A stretch of 64,000 nucleotides of DNA from Mytilus trossulus (lineage: Eukaryota): positions 39,122,001 to 39,186,000 of the forward strand of contig NC_086381.1 of the NCBI RefSeq assembly GCF_036588685.1, given 5' to 3'. Of the stretch, positions 35,607-48,600 are shown in pieces. The first letter of the stretch is position 1. Every line of letters begins with the position of its first letter. Under the pieces are notes generated by a model. The model saw nothing but the letters and a program-made list of their open reading frames with translations, searched no databases and was not told the DNA's origin. The translations under genes and the position numbers were made by a program.

Positions 35607-38600
35607 TTACATGTTCTTGTTTTTGTTGCACTTGGTGATAAGTGATAGTATTAACTGGTCATTTGGACATTTCTTTAAAAACTCTAAAAATGCTTCTTCT
35701 GCTTTACACATTTCTCCACGTTGCATTTAACAATAAACTAACAGCTTAAAACCAACTGTGTCCCGAGACTTTTCACAAATTTGCTGAAAATCATTAAAAA
35801 TGATCGAAGTTTTGGTAGTTTGTCTTTTTGAACCAAGCATTTGACAAGAAAGTAGAAGGCAAAATAAACCCACCGAGTTTCTATGTTTCCATTTGTTATT
35901 ATTTCTAATTGCAAATCTGCATCAAGAGATATTTGCTCACTTTTTCCAAATGCCAGGATATATTGTTCTATTTCATCTTTTTCATTTATAATCGATTCGA
36001 AAGTATTTAATGCCTCTTGAAATTTCTTTTGTGACATAAGGATAATTCCATACAATGTACATCACTCCACACGAGTTCAAACCATTTGAATGAATTTCAC
36101 CTATCATGAATTCTTCAGCTTTGTGTAAATGTTCGTTCCGTTCCGTCGAATGTGCATGATATGTGTAAGCTACAGCATGATAAGCACATGCCAGATTCTC
36201 TCTGAAACACTCAAATTCGGATTGTTCATTTGACATTGCTACAAGTTCTTGAAGAAGCAGTAGCAGAAGGCGACTATCTTCAATCAAAATTGCTACGTTA
36301 TTAAGGTAGCAGATCAGCGGCATAGGACCAATGTATCGATTAATTGTAGGATAGGAATCCGTTAGGATATCCACCGATTCTTTTGCCTTACCTCTATTCA
36401 ATAGGAGCAAGCTCATTCGGAATGACGTCGTTAAGCAGGCATACGAAGCCGATCTTTTGATATCCCTATGGATTTTAAATTTTTCATTGTCCTCTAAAAC
36501 ATATGATATATTCTCACGAAAAACGTACGGAATAACCTCTCTCCCGATCACTCTTGAATCAGTAAATTGCAAAATGGGTGAAATGGGATCTTTTCGAATT
36601 TGAACGAGTCTTTTTTCCAGTGCTTGCTAATTCTCAAGGGGAATATGATCAACTAAATTGTTTTCTGGTACAAAGTAACTAGGGATATTTTTCCTTTTGA
36701 CACAGTTTATCAAACTTTCAATTAAGTATATCAAACATTGTCCAGTATGTATTTCCCACATAGGTTTTGGAATTCTTTCACAAGCGTAGAAGAAAACAGT
36801 TTTCAAACAATAAGACGAGATCACGTCTAAATCTTTCAGACATAAATGTCGTAACAGCTTGAAAAATAATAAGCACTGTCTCTGTTCGTCAATAATGGCA
36901 TTCCTTGCTATTTGCTTTTCTGATGAAGCGAATGAAATCCTCCATTCAATGTCGGGATTATGGCTGTTCTTATGAGCAACAGGTACAACATGGCACCCAT
37001 CGGAAACAATGTTATCAACGAATTCGTTACCGAGCCATTTGCTTTGCTTGCTTCTTTCTATCCATAACCTTGCCTCTGATGGCCAATCTGTTACTGGAAG
37101 AGCAAGTACTATGTCGAGTGATGTCCGGAGACCATATTTCGAAATATTTTCGGCGTTCAAGGTTGTTGAATACTCAACTGATACAGCGGGGCCATGTATC
37201 AGTATGACTTTTTCGTCATCCTTATCACTTTGAAGATTAAAACGCCCAAAAATTTTCCTCTGTTATTGCTTACCATTTAGGAAAACTTTATCTTTCAGCG
37301 TTGAAATGTCCTCGTTGTCTTTGTATTTGTACAAACGTATTTTTGTGTAGCCTGGGTGAACTTCATATGATTCCAAAGTTGCATGGACATTTGTTTCTTG
37401 TCTAAATACCAATGAATTTGAAATTTGAAAACCCTTCTCCAGAAGCAATATATCAACATCGCAATTGGTATTTATATGTGAATCTGTTTCAATAGTCATA
37501 GAGTTTGGAATGTTAAACCCTTCTGCCGAGCTGCCAACCGCAACAGCATTTTGAAGATTTTTACTTTCGCAAAATTCCTTCAGTTGTGATTCTATTTTAC
37601 TATCACGCTCTAAAGTAATAAGTCGCTTTGGAAGAAGAATATTAATAATGAAAGACAAATGTGCTAGTGATAGGTTTGCTTCCTCGTCCCACTCTTGAAC
37701 TATAAAGGGTAACGCAAAAATATCTAAAAAAGAAAAATGTTAGGTATTAAACTAATTCGCAAAACAATTTGAATAAAATCTGTTTTCATTAAATAATGTT
37801 TATATATATAGTACTTATATATCAAGTTAAAGAAATATCCTAGAATAGAAGAAATGTATGTTAAAAATCCTATAATTCCTGTATTTACCTTTGTTTTTCA
37901 GTATATTACCTTTTGCAATGCTTTGACCTAAACCCCCATAACTCAATCGCTCAATTACTCAGTAATCCAAAACAATAAATGTTGTTTCGGGATAAATGAG
38001 TTTAACACGATGTGTGTCACATGTGGAGCAGGATCTGCAGTACCTTCTGTAGCACAGAGTCCGGTGATTTTAAATCTTCGTGTTGCTTACTTTTTGTATT
38101 TTGTGATGTATTTGTTGACTTTGTCATGTCCTCGTTTTAAATTATTTGCAATGACATTGTCGGGTTGTTTTGATATTGTGAATTTCACTATCGCTGTGTA
38201 ATGCTTCGTCTCAAAATTCGTATTATAATAGATCAGATGTATTTGTTTGTCATAAAGAATGATATTTGTTTAAAATGTGGTATATTCTAAATATGTGCCA
38301 TTGTAAGGAATGACTGTACAGCGACAGCGTTCTAGGTATGATATAAGGGGAGAGAGTAACAGTTTAAACTAAACGGACACACACGTATTGTTTGTTTTTC
38401 TAAAGAGGGTAATATAAAAAAAAAGATGTGGTATGATTGCCAATGAGACAACTGTCAACAAGAGACCAAAATGACACAGACATTAACAACTATAGGTCAC
38501 CGTACGGCCCTCAACAATGAATAAAGCCCATATCGCTTAGTCAGCTATAAAAGGCCCCGATAAGACAATGTAAAACAATTCAAACGAGAAAACTAAAGGC

Positions 38601-38954
38601 CTTATTTATATAAAAAAATGAACGAAAAACAAATATGTAATATATAAACAAACGACAACCACTGAATTACAAGTTGATTAAGAAAACTGATGTGAATATA
38701 AATATTTAAAGAATTTGATCAATTTTACCTGAATGTATAAAGTTTTAATGTTGTAGAACGTTTATGCCGGTCATAAAAAGTCCATCAAGTCTTTTATGGA
38801 CATAGCTAGGAGGCTCCAAAAGGGCAACATTTTGATATTTGATATTTAGCCAACGATGTTTAATTTATAAATACGTATTATACTTTTAAATGAAATAAAT
38901 ACCTGTGAGGGATTCAAGATCTGATTCATCAATGTCAGTTTGTGTTTCATCCAT
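35607..38954 (-). pseudogene. Mab21/cGAS-like receptor (cGLR) nucleotidyltransferase with C-terminal helical/TPR-like region; exons 38954-38903 and 37723-35607; about 720 aa if repaired
   Basis: Exon 1 MDETQTDIDESDLESLT-G|gt joins ttttag|at in phase 1. Motifs: VGSSAEG...CDVDILL, HGPAV, LDIVLAL, WPSEARLWIER, GCHVVPV, EWRISF, SSYCLKT, PSYFVPENNL. Lesions: in-frame TAA 37263-37265, TAG 36627-36629, TAA 35727-35729, +7 frameshift at 36051-36059, 1-nt frameshift near 35795. TPR-like tail KLLVYC*MQRGEMCKAEEAFLEFLKKCPND. Confidence 0.9.
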
Positions 38955-39127
38955 AACACTTTGTCCAATTATTCAGTTCTAATTGATTTCAAAGATGGGA
39001 ATCATCAAGTTTAACTTGGCATTGAAAACACAAGTTCTCTTAAATCTTTGAGCTGAATTATATAGGTTGTTTTATCTAAAGAAAGCTAAAAACTTCAGGT
39101 ATGTAAATTGGTCAGTATGTTATGAAT

Positions 39128-39146
39128 GTGAAACAAAAGCGGAAGT
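39128..39146. promoter_or_regulatory. Candidate IRF/ETS composite-like element upstream of the cGLR
   Basis: GTGAAACAAAAGCGGAAGT about 180 bp upstream of the cGLR ATG: ISRE-like GAAAC-AAAAG abutting an ETS core CGGAAGT. Motif match only. Confidence 0.35.
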
Positions 39147-41739
39147 TTATTAGGATTTGATAATCTTCAAATCGTAACACGGTTCAAGCTTTGTTACGAA
39201 TCCGTTTATACAAGATTGTATTAGATTTTAAATATTTAAATGACTTAACGGAATTCTAGAAACTGCGATTTGTTTTTCTTTTATGGTTTGAATTTAATTT
39301 CTTGTTGACCCATTGTGGTCTATTAACAATACAAAAGTAATCAATACAAAAAGTTTTGAATTAGACTAAATTTTACTACTTCATTTTATACATGCTAAAA
39401 ACAATGAAAATATATATATTAGTTTGTTTACATACATATTTTGGGTACATTAACAAACAAATAAAAAATCATTTTGACAAAATCTGAAGGAGGCAACACC
39501 ATATTATATTTTCTTAAACACAGTATTCAAAAGAGAAAGTCAACCAGTAATCGAATCGCAACCCAACGACCCCAAACGGTCTACCATTCGGCATATGCAA
39601 TTGTTCAGATACTATTGAGGCCGGTAAGGCTACTCGATACTGAATGTACTTATTCAAAAATAGACGCATACTACCGAACAAACAAGTTAAACACTATAAT
39701 TTATCTTTTATCTATCCAAAATAAAATCAAACTACTATATTTATTAAACCAGACTAAACAAACATATATTTTTATCCAAACCATCACTGTTATAAAGCGT
39801 TGTTAATTTTTTAGGTAAATACTATTGGGTTATTCCTTCAATTTGATTTAATGATTAGTGTAATAACAAATGGGTGTTCGTGTGTAAAATGTATTTGCAA
39901 TACAAACAATTTTACTTAAGTTATTTTTAAAGAAAAATGTAATGTGCCTTATGAAATTGCGAGCATTTGCGTGTATTATTAAAACAGGATAATATACTCT
40001 TTTCTGGGTAGTTGTTTTCGGACATCACCTCTAAAATTGGTATGTCTCAGTCATAATTTCCCTAGTTTTACTGACGTCCATGATGCGACCATAACCGATT
40101 AAAATTTGTCAATAGTCGGATGAAAATCAAGTGAATCGTGGCTGGAAATTTACTAAATTTTTAAACATGTATTTTATCCCAACAATCAGATATTGTTCAG
40201 GAAAGGTCCTGACTCAGCTATTTCCATTCGAACTTGTCCCGATTGTTCCCTTCTCAATATCGATTTAGTTCTTTCGCAGGTAACAACTATATCGATTCTG
40301 TCCTGATTTCGTCCCGATACTCAAGAATGCGATCCTAAAGAGATCCGACAATGATCAGACAGTGATCGGAGCAAACTGAAGAAAAAAAAAACGTTTACAC
40401 GACCGTCCCATCAGAATCTTGCACGAAACGACAGGTCATTTCTTCCGATTATGCCCGTTTTAAAAAGTAAGATCACAAAAATAAAGAACTCCGAGGAATA
40501 TTCAAAACGGAGAGTCCCGAATCATATGACAAAATCAAAAGCTCAAATACATTAAACGAATGAATAACGGTCACAATTCTGACTTTATGCATACATTTTC
40601 TTACGTACATTGTAGAAAAGTGTGGATTAAACTTAGTTTGATAGCTAACTTAATATCTTACTTATATGACAGTCGCATAAAATTCCTATATTTTGACGAT
40701 GATGTGTCAACATAACAAACATACATAATAGGTAAAAATGTCAAAATAGGGATACTACAGTCAACATTGTGTTAAAACAAAAAGGCATATAGACAAAGCA
40801 CATAAGCCGAAATGTAAGACAAGAATAAAAAAAAATTGTAACAAAGAACTATAGCACAATGACGGTATGTATAAGTATAGATCCACGTTAAATGGATATA
40901 CCAGAAATCAGACTAAACAATATGATAGGGCATATTTGCCAATGAGACAACTATCCAGCATTATTTGTATTCAAATAAAAACTTTCAACAAATATCTAGC
41001 AATTTTATTTCAACGCTAAGTATAAGTTAAGTATTTTCTATAAGTTCTAAATATTTTATTTTAATCCACATAACTAATACATCATTATTTTTTCCAAATT
41101 AATTTATATATTCTTATTGTGTACTCTAAAAAGACTAAACTTTAAAGAATGGAATCAAGATGTTATTTAGTTAAATACCTTCATAATTCTAAGCAATTAA
41201 TCTTGCAGTTTCGAGCTTTTTTCATTTTTGAAAATAATTTCTGTTTATGCACATTATGAAGCTTCTTATTTTTAAGTAATTATTTTTTTTCATAGGGACA
41301 ATATTGATAGGTTTGCAGAGCCCTATGAACAGGTGCTTAGCAGCAGAGCCAGATGTGTGATCGCGACCTGTCTAAAGAGCTTACACTGGCTCTTAAGACC
41401 AGATGAACTAACACAAGTAGAATTTTCTATTGGATCTATTCGGGAAAAAAGCATTTTAACATAAAATTGAGAATGGAAATGGGGAATGTGTCGAAGAAAC
41501 AACAACCCGACCATAGAAATTGAGATCTCAACCATCCCTCTATACGTCTATAATGTAGAAAAGTAAATGCATAACAATACGCACATTTAAAATTCATACA
41601 CAGTTTACAACAACTCGAACGGGTCATCAGAACAAAAAAAAATGTTTCAAAATAAAGTTTTCTAAATTTGATCAAAATTCACAGAAAAGAAAATGTTCAC
41701 AACGATTTTGTCCCAATATACCTGAAACTACTAATTCAT

Positions 41740-42270
41740 ATTATGACAATCGGATGGAAAATATACTGCATACAAAATTACGACACAGATGTAGTCCTTT
41801 AAAAGCTCAAGTTAATTAAGTAAATGACCCAAGTTGTGAATGCAGGTGTCCATTAGAAGATTTGATTCATTTTACTTAGAATGTCCATTCAATATAAAGT
41901 TTAGACATCAGCTCTTTGAAAAAAATCAAATCTTAGTTGCTATTTCCACAGAACATATATTATGTGGAATGGACGAAATTAGTGTTGAACAAAATACAAT
42001 TTGCTTTCAGAAATATACATAGTTATATACACCTTACAAAAAGATTATTTGATGAATATTCCAGTATCGAAAAGTATTATACAGTTTTACTGTTACTGTT
42101 TAAGCATGATATATTTATTTTGTACATTTTTCATAATGTATTGATTTATGTAATTGCTATCATCTTGAAATTTTGTATATTGTACTTAGTTGTAGAGAAT
42201 TATGTTAGGTTGTTGAATCTTGTATCCAAACATATTGTATATTTATATAATAGAATATGTTTAAACTGAA
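41740..42270 (+). mobile_element. LINE 3' fragment (C-terminal Cys/His knuckle region) inserted upstream of dispanin copy 4
   Basis: Remnant ..FYLECPF...HILCG...N..F..IHSYIHLTKRLF; it interrupts a segment that is contiguous in the copy 3 upstream region. Confidence 0.5.
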
Positions 42271-42284
42271 CTAATTGGTTTTTG

Positions 42285-42639
42285 TTATTTGCCAGATTGT
42301 GATCTTTGAAATTTGAATATTTTAAATAAGAGAGTGTACAAGGTAACACATTCTTGTTTTGTTAAATCAATCAATGATGTTAAAACACGGAAGTTAGAGA
42401 AACAGCATTAGAATTTAAAAGAATAGTTTATTATAAAAGCCTATTGAAAACAAACTATGCACAACAATCTTGTCTGTATAATAAGGAAATCTCACATATT
42501 CGGGTCAGGAGGCTGAATAAAAGAAATATTTTATAGTTGAATGCATTTATGTAAATATGACGTTCATCCCAAGAACGGGTATATCCGTCCACTTCCTCTA
42601 CTCTTTAACTAGATTGACGTTTATATGTTTGTATAATGG
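42285..42639 (+). promoter_or_regulatory. Conserved promoter/5' UTR block of dispanin copy 4
   Basis: Homologous to the copy 3 block; CCACTTCCTC 42589-42598 and TTGACGT 42614-42620. The distal part (41676-41735) is separated from it by a LINE fragment. Confidence 0.75.
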
Positions 42640-45600
42640 GTAATTATGTTTCTTTTTATTTATCAGCAGTGAAATATATGGTAAGTGTGACATTTTTTTT
42701 AATTCGTCAGCGACTCCCTTTCTTTCGTCTAGAAATTTAGATGCAAAAAAGGTCCACTGACCGTGCATTAAGCAACATTCTAAGAGGATTACCATTTTCA
42801 AAAACAAATATTTTTTATTATTATTAACACATTCGATTATTATGGTTATTTCTTGATGTATAGATTCTGCGTACTGATGTTGTTTATTATCTAACCAACG
42901 TGTTTTATTGTAAATTCATTTGTCTTTGTTCTATTTTTTAACATTACTTCTACTGTTGTATTGTTTTATGTGATATCCGTTTAACGTGGCTCGGTACTAA
43001 TACATCCCGTCAATGGTTTGTATTATCTTTCGTATTTTTGTTGTGTGTTTTGAATATGCAACTTTTTGAATTTCTTTGGTTCTTATAACGTACTCTGTAC
43101 TTGAAAAGTATGATATTGTTCTTTTTTTTTTTATGTCATTATGATAATATTTCTATTATGAATTACAACATACGTTGAACCACAAAATCATCCAATCGCG
43201 TAGTGGAATTAACTATTTGTGGATTCTTATTAATTCTATTTAAAACTATTTTGAATCTCGGTCTATTTCTGAAATTTAATCTTACATATTTTTGATTTTT
43301 AACCCTGTATGCTAACATTGCCTATGTGAAAATTTAAAACTGTTTGTATGTACATTGAACGACAAATGTATGTGAAATTACAATTTTCTTACGTCAGACA
43401 CGCAAATCAATGAATGTGTTTGTAGATAGATGTTTTTGCGTTCTGTTAAATTGTTCCTTTTAAAATTGTAACACGATGATGACTGCTGTATCTTTATTTT
43501 GACTATTCCGTTTATTGTGTCTGTTAAGTTAACGCATCATTGTAAATATAACGGAATTTGATGAGACTGTCATCAATCGAGAGGGTTAGCGCTATAAAAC
43601 CAGGTTTAATCCACCATTTCTACATTGTTAAATGCCTGTACTAAGTCAGGAATATGAATATCTTGTCCATTCGTTTTTTATGTGTTTTGTTATTTGATTT
43701 TGCCATTTGATTATGGACTTTCCGAATTAATTTTCCTCTAAGTTCAGTATTTTTGTGATTTTACTTTTTGATAGTGTTTATAAACATATAATTGACAAAT
43801 AAAGTATCAAATGGGACATTTTTTCAGTTTACCCAATTCATATTAGATAGATTTTACGACATGTACTATGCAGTTTCGAAAAAAATACCTCCTGGATTGA
43901 AAAGCTGAAATGCACTACTTTTTTTCAAATGTCAATCATAGGGCTCTGAGGAATTATATGCCCCGAACTTCCCTGAGATTAAACTTATACTAAAATTTTA
44001 TCTTTCCCCACACTTCACTTTTGTCTTCATCGGAATTCAGTTTTTACCACTAATCGTGTGTATTTATGCTGGTAACTTTCCAAAATTATGTCTACACTTG
44101 GTAATTTAACTTTTAATGTTCTTTATATCAGATAGCGTTTTAAATATAATTTTCAAACTAAGGTAATTTTTGAGAACCGCAGAAATTGGTCAAACATCTA
44201 GTTTCCAAGTCAACTGTCTCATAAGGAGCATTTGATTATCTCAGTATTATAATCTATTTTTACATCTTGCATTCCTGATAATGTTTCCTATTTTAAACTG
44301 GTTGCCCATCTACTGGGGTTTATTCAAAAGTGCTTATCCCGGTGAATATTTCCTTTGAAATCTCCAACATCACCCGTTATTGTTTCTCTTTGTCTATTTT
44401 TCTAATTGTCTTTTGTTTTTCAATCCAAACTGTAAAGACACATTACAAAACATGGATTCACCGTTTAATTAAAAGGTATGTGATTTAGCTGAGATAAATG
44501 ATAATACACATTTTAGACAAGTAGACGACTTCACAGATTGCAAGTGGGGATAATAGTGTCCATGGTTTAAGGAGTCGGGAGTTGACAAATGGACCCACAA
44601 TAATCCCTGCAGTATTTGGTTGATAACTAACTTATATAATGAAAAAAATACACATTTTGTGGTCCGTCGAAAATATATAAAGGCAACATTAGTATACATC
44701 TGTTCGAAAGTCATAATTCGATTGAAAAAAAACAAATACGGGTTAAAACATTACAATATTCAAGTGAATTTTCGTTTGAAATTGCGTTACTGTTACTGTA
44801 TTTTAAAAGTAAATAGTATTTATTAATATTTTGTTTGCTGATTGATTAACGAATTCTAAGAATTCCACGTGGTAAAGATGAAATAATCTCACTGTAAATA
44901 TTATGGACGACCTCACTAGTTGGTTGACCGTTATGAAATGTCCGTTTCAAAGATGATAGCGATTTATCCCTTTTGAACAGCGGTATACTACTTTTGCTTT
45001 TAAATATGTTCATAATGTCGTTACTACAGTACATAGCCCGTTCCATCTTTCCAGAGCACCTGCTATCACCCCTTGTTATGATGGGGTTCATGTTGCTCAG
45101 TCTTTCGTCATTTACTTTGTGATTTGTATGTATAACTGTTGGTTTTTTTCTTTTTTAGCCATTGCATGTTTTGTCGGTTTTAATTCGTGGTGTTACCCTG
45201 AAGTGTTTTAAAAGTAAATAGTATTTATTAATATTTTGTTTGCTGATTGATTAACGAATTCTAAGAATTCCACGTGGTAAAGATGAAATAATCTCACTGT
45301 AAATATTATGGACGACCTCACTAGTTGGTTGACCGTTATGAAATGTCCGTTTCAAAGATGATAGCGATTTATCCCTTTTGAACAGCGGTATACTACTTTT
45401 GCTTTTAAATATGTTCATAATGTCGTTACTACAGTACATAGCCCGTTCCATCTTTCCAGAGCACCTGCTATCACCCCTTGTTATGATGGGGTTCATGTTG
45501 CTCAGTCTTTCGTCATTTACTTTGTGATTTGTATGTATAACTGTTGGTTTTTTTCTTTTTTAGCCATTGCATGTTTTGTCGGTTTTAATTCGTGGTGTTA

Positions 45601-48600
45601 CCCTGAAGTGTTTTCAAACAATACCTCATCAGAATTGTAATTAGTGCCGAGCTAGAGGTTTCTTGTTATACACATCTTATGTAGTTGAGTTAATAATCTA
45701 TAAGTTTCCTATGTCAGAATCAGCACCGATGATTTTAATTAATCGATTAAACTAGTATTAAAATAAATAAAAAATGTCCCAAATGATGATCGGATGACAA
45801 TTTTCCCTACTTTTTTTTTTTTATATCTATGAATATTTTTTTGTTAGATGTACTTATTATCCGTATCATTGGCTATTGTAATTTCCTTTCTCGGATTAAA
45901 AACAGGTACAATTAACATTTCGCGTTACTTGTTGTTTTAGCTGCATTCCCCATAAAAGGAGGCGATAAAACAAATCATACAATCAAAATTCACGTGGTTC
46001 ATGTAATTTGCATTTGACGTTTAGATAATTATCTCATTTGCAATCATACCACATATTCCTATTTTTTATTGAGAACACGAACAACTGCAAATAAAGGCAA
46101 CAGTAGTTTACCGCTGTTCAAAACTCAAAAATCCATGGACAAAAAACTAAATCGGGGCAACAAACCAAAACCGAGGGAAACGCATTAAATATAAGAGGAG
46201 AACAACGACACAACACTGAAATGTAACACACATAGAAACGGACCAAGCATCAGACAAAATCCCACGAGAATAACAAACATAACATCAAAACCAAATTCAT
46301 GAATTTGGGATAGACAAGTACCGTGACACGTCTTATCGCAATGTGAATTTACACTCAAAAATAAGAGAAAACAAACGACGCAACGAAAAAATGTGACACA
46401 CACAGAAACGAACAATAATATAACAATGGCCATCTTCCTGACTTGGTACAGGATATTTTTAAAGGAAAAAATGGTGGGTTGAACCTGGTTTTGTGGCATG
46501 CCAAACCTCGTACTTCAATGGTTATGTTAAATATAACATTGAAATGACAACATTATATTACAGGACTACAACAAAAATAAATAGAAGAAAATATTACACA
46601 AAGAAACACATGATTAATAGATAACAAAAAGCATCAGGTTTAAAATTCAATACGCCAAAAACGCGCCTTGTCCACACAAGACTCACCAGTGACGCCCAGA
46701 TATAAAAGATCGAAAGTTGAAAAAGGTTGTGTCAAATACGACTATGTTTTTATGCTTGGGATAAGAACATCCTTAATATTTAGAACAATTAATTCTATTT
46801 CAAACAGTAAAATTCATCAAATGAATATAAAAGAGATATACATAATGAAACTTAATAATTAACTAATTACAGAAAACTAAACCCGAATACATAATGCTAA
46901 GACAGACACAGAATAGACACACCCGACACAGTCCAGGCCTAAATGCAATAAATCATAAAATGACGTCACATACGATGGCGAAAAGGCACAAAAAATACGT
47001 CACATTTGAATTTATGAATTTTTTGAAAGAGCACAAAAATGACGTCACATATGAAAAACTATAATTCAAAAGTAAGATAGAATAAGAATGGATTTAAGAT
47101 AATATTAGAACTTAATACTGATATTACGTTTAAACACAATGCATATTGCAATACTCATTAATAGCAAATAACTATAATATATATATGTCCAGTTTGTTAT
47201 GAATCCAACTTAAAACGTAAATTACCGTACAAATTACGTTGAACAAAATTTAAATTAATAAATGAGGCAAAATGTTTGGATCATCGCCGATGCTCTGGAA
47301 AGGTCATTGTGTGTCATATTCAACATGTGGCACCCGTCTTATTCCTCACTATTATACACAATCTGTGATATATCTTAATAGGATTTTTCATAATGACCAA
47401 ACTGCTAGACTTTTCATCAACAACACATTTGTTGAGTATGGTGGATTGCTTTTTAAACAGACTGTCGATAAATCACTTAGTATCGCTGGTCGATTTTTTT
47501 GTAAACTAAAACATTCTCTGATACGTTCATTTAACTATAATTGTAATTTCATTCGTTTAAACGGTTAGTGCATTAGAGTGAAATTAATTTCTCCTGGGTG
47601 TTTTTTCATCAATGTAACATAGAGGACGTTAGGTTTTCTCGCTTCTAAATTATTCTTGCGGTATTTTATTGCCCATGTAATCATTTAGTACGACACCGTC
47701 AATCTGAACAGTTCGCTTTTTTCTTGGTAAATTTTACTTCTGGTTAAAAGTTTATTCAGTTATTTGAGAGTTTTTTGCTTGAAAATGAAGTTTGAATTAT
47801 ATATTATATTTGTGTATATATGTATGATTATGAATAATGTTTATTTCATATTAAACATAGAGCATCGGATTTGTTGTGCGACTATCCGCTTTACAAAGTC
47901 TTTGGTATTTATTATAGCCTTTGTATGGCGTGTATATTCAGAACGTGTATATCTATTTGGATATTTGGTACATGTATTGATTATACTTAGATATTTGGTA
48001 CAAGTATTGAGCATACTTAGATATTTGGTACAAGTATTGAGCATACTTAGATATTTGGTACAAGTATAAATTATACTTAGACATTTGGTACACGTATTGA
48101 TTATACTTTGATATTTCGTACAAGTATAAATTATACTTAGATATTCGGTACAAGTATTGAGTATACTTGGATATTTGGTACAAGTATTGATTATACTTAG
48201 ATATTTGGTACAAGTATAAATTATACTTAGATATTTGGTACAAGTATTGAGTATACTTGGATATTTGGTACAAGTATTGAGTATACTTGGATATTTGGTA
48301 TAAGTATTGATTATACTTAGTTATTTGGTACAAGTATAAATTATACTTAGATATTTGGTACACTTTTTGATTAAACTTAGATATTTGGTACAAGTTTTTT
48401 TTATACTTAGATATTTGGTACAAGTATAAATTATACTTAGATATTTGGTACAAGTATTAATTATACTTAGATATTTGGTACATGTACTGATTATACTTAG
48501 ATATTTGGTACACGTATTGATTATACTTATATATTTGGTACAAGTATTGATTATACTTGGATATTTGTTACAAGTATTGATTATACTTGGATATTTGGTA

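Noticed and set aside
35607-37723. Programmed readthrough, selenocysteine or four separate genes explaining the split cGLR ORFs
   Set aside because: The stops are TAA/TAG rather than TGA, two frameshifts coexist, no intron signals bracket the lesions, and the domain motifs run continuously across them.
31333-42680. Bacterial CBASS operon acquired horizontally or by contamination
   Set aside because: The genes have spliceosomal introns, lie on opposite strands and are embedded in metazoan repeats; the CBASS parallel is only an analogy.
45941-46002. Possible phase 1-0 replacement exon A for copy 4 (AAFPIKGGDKTNHTIKIHVVH)
   Set aside because: Splice sites and phase fit, but there is no homology to the other A exons and the phase-0 donor at 42681 is a simpler model; not excluded without RNA data.
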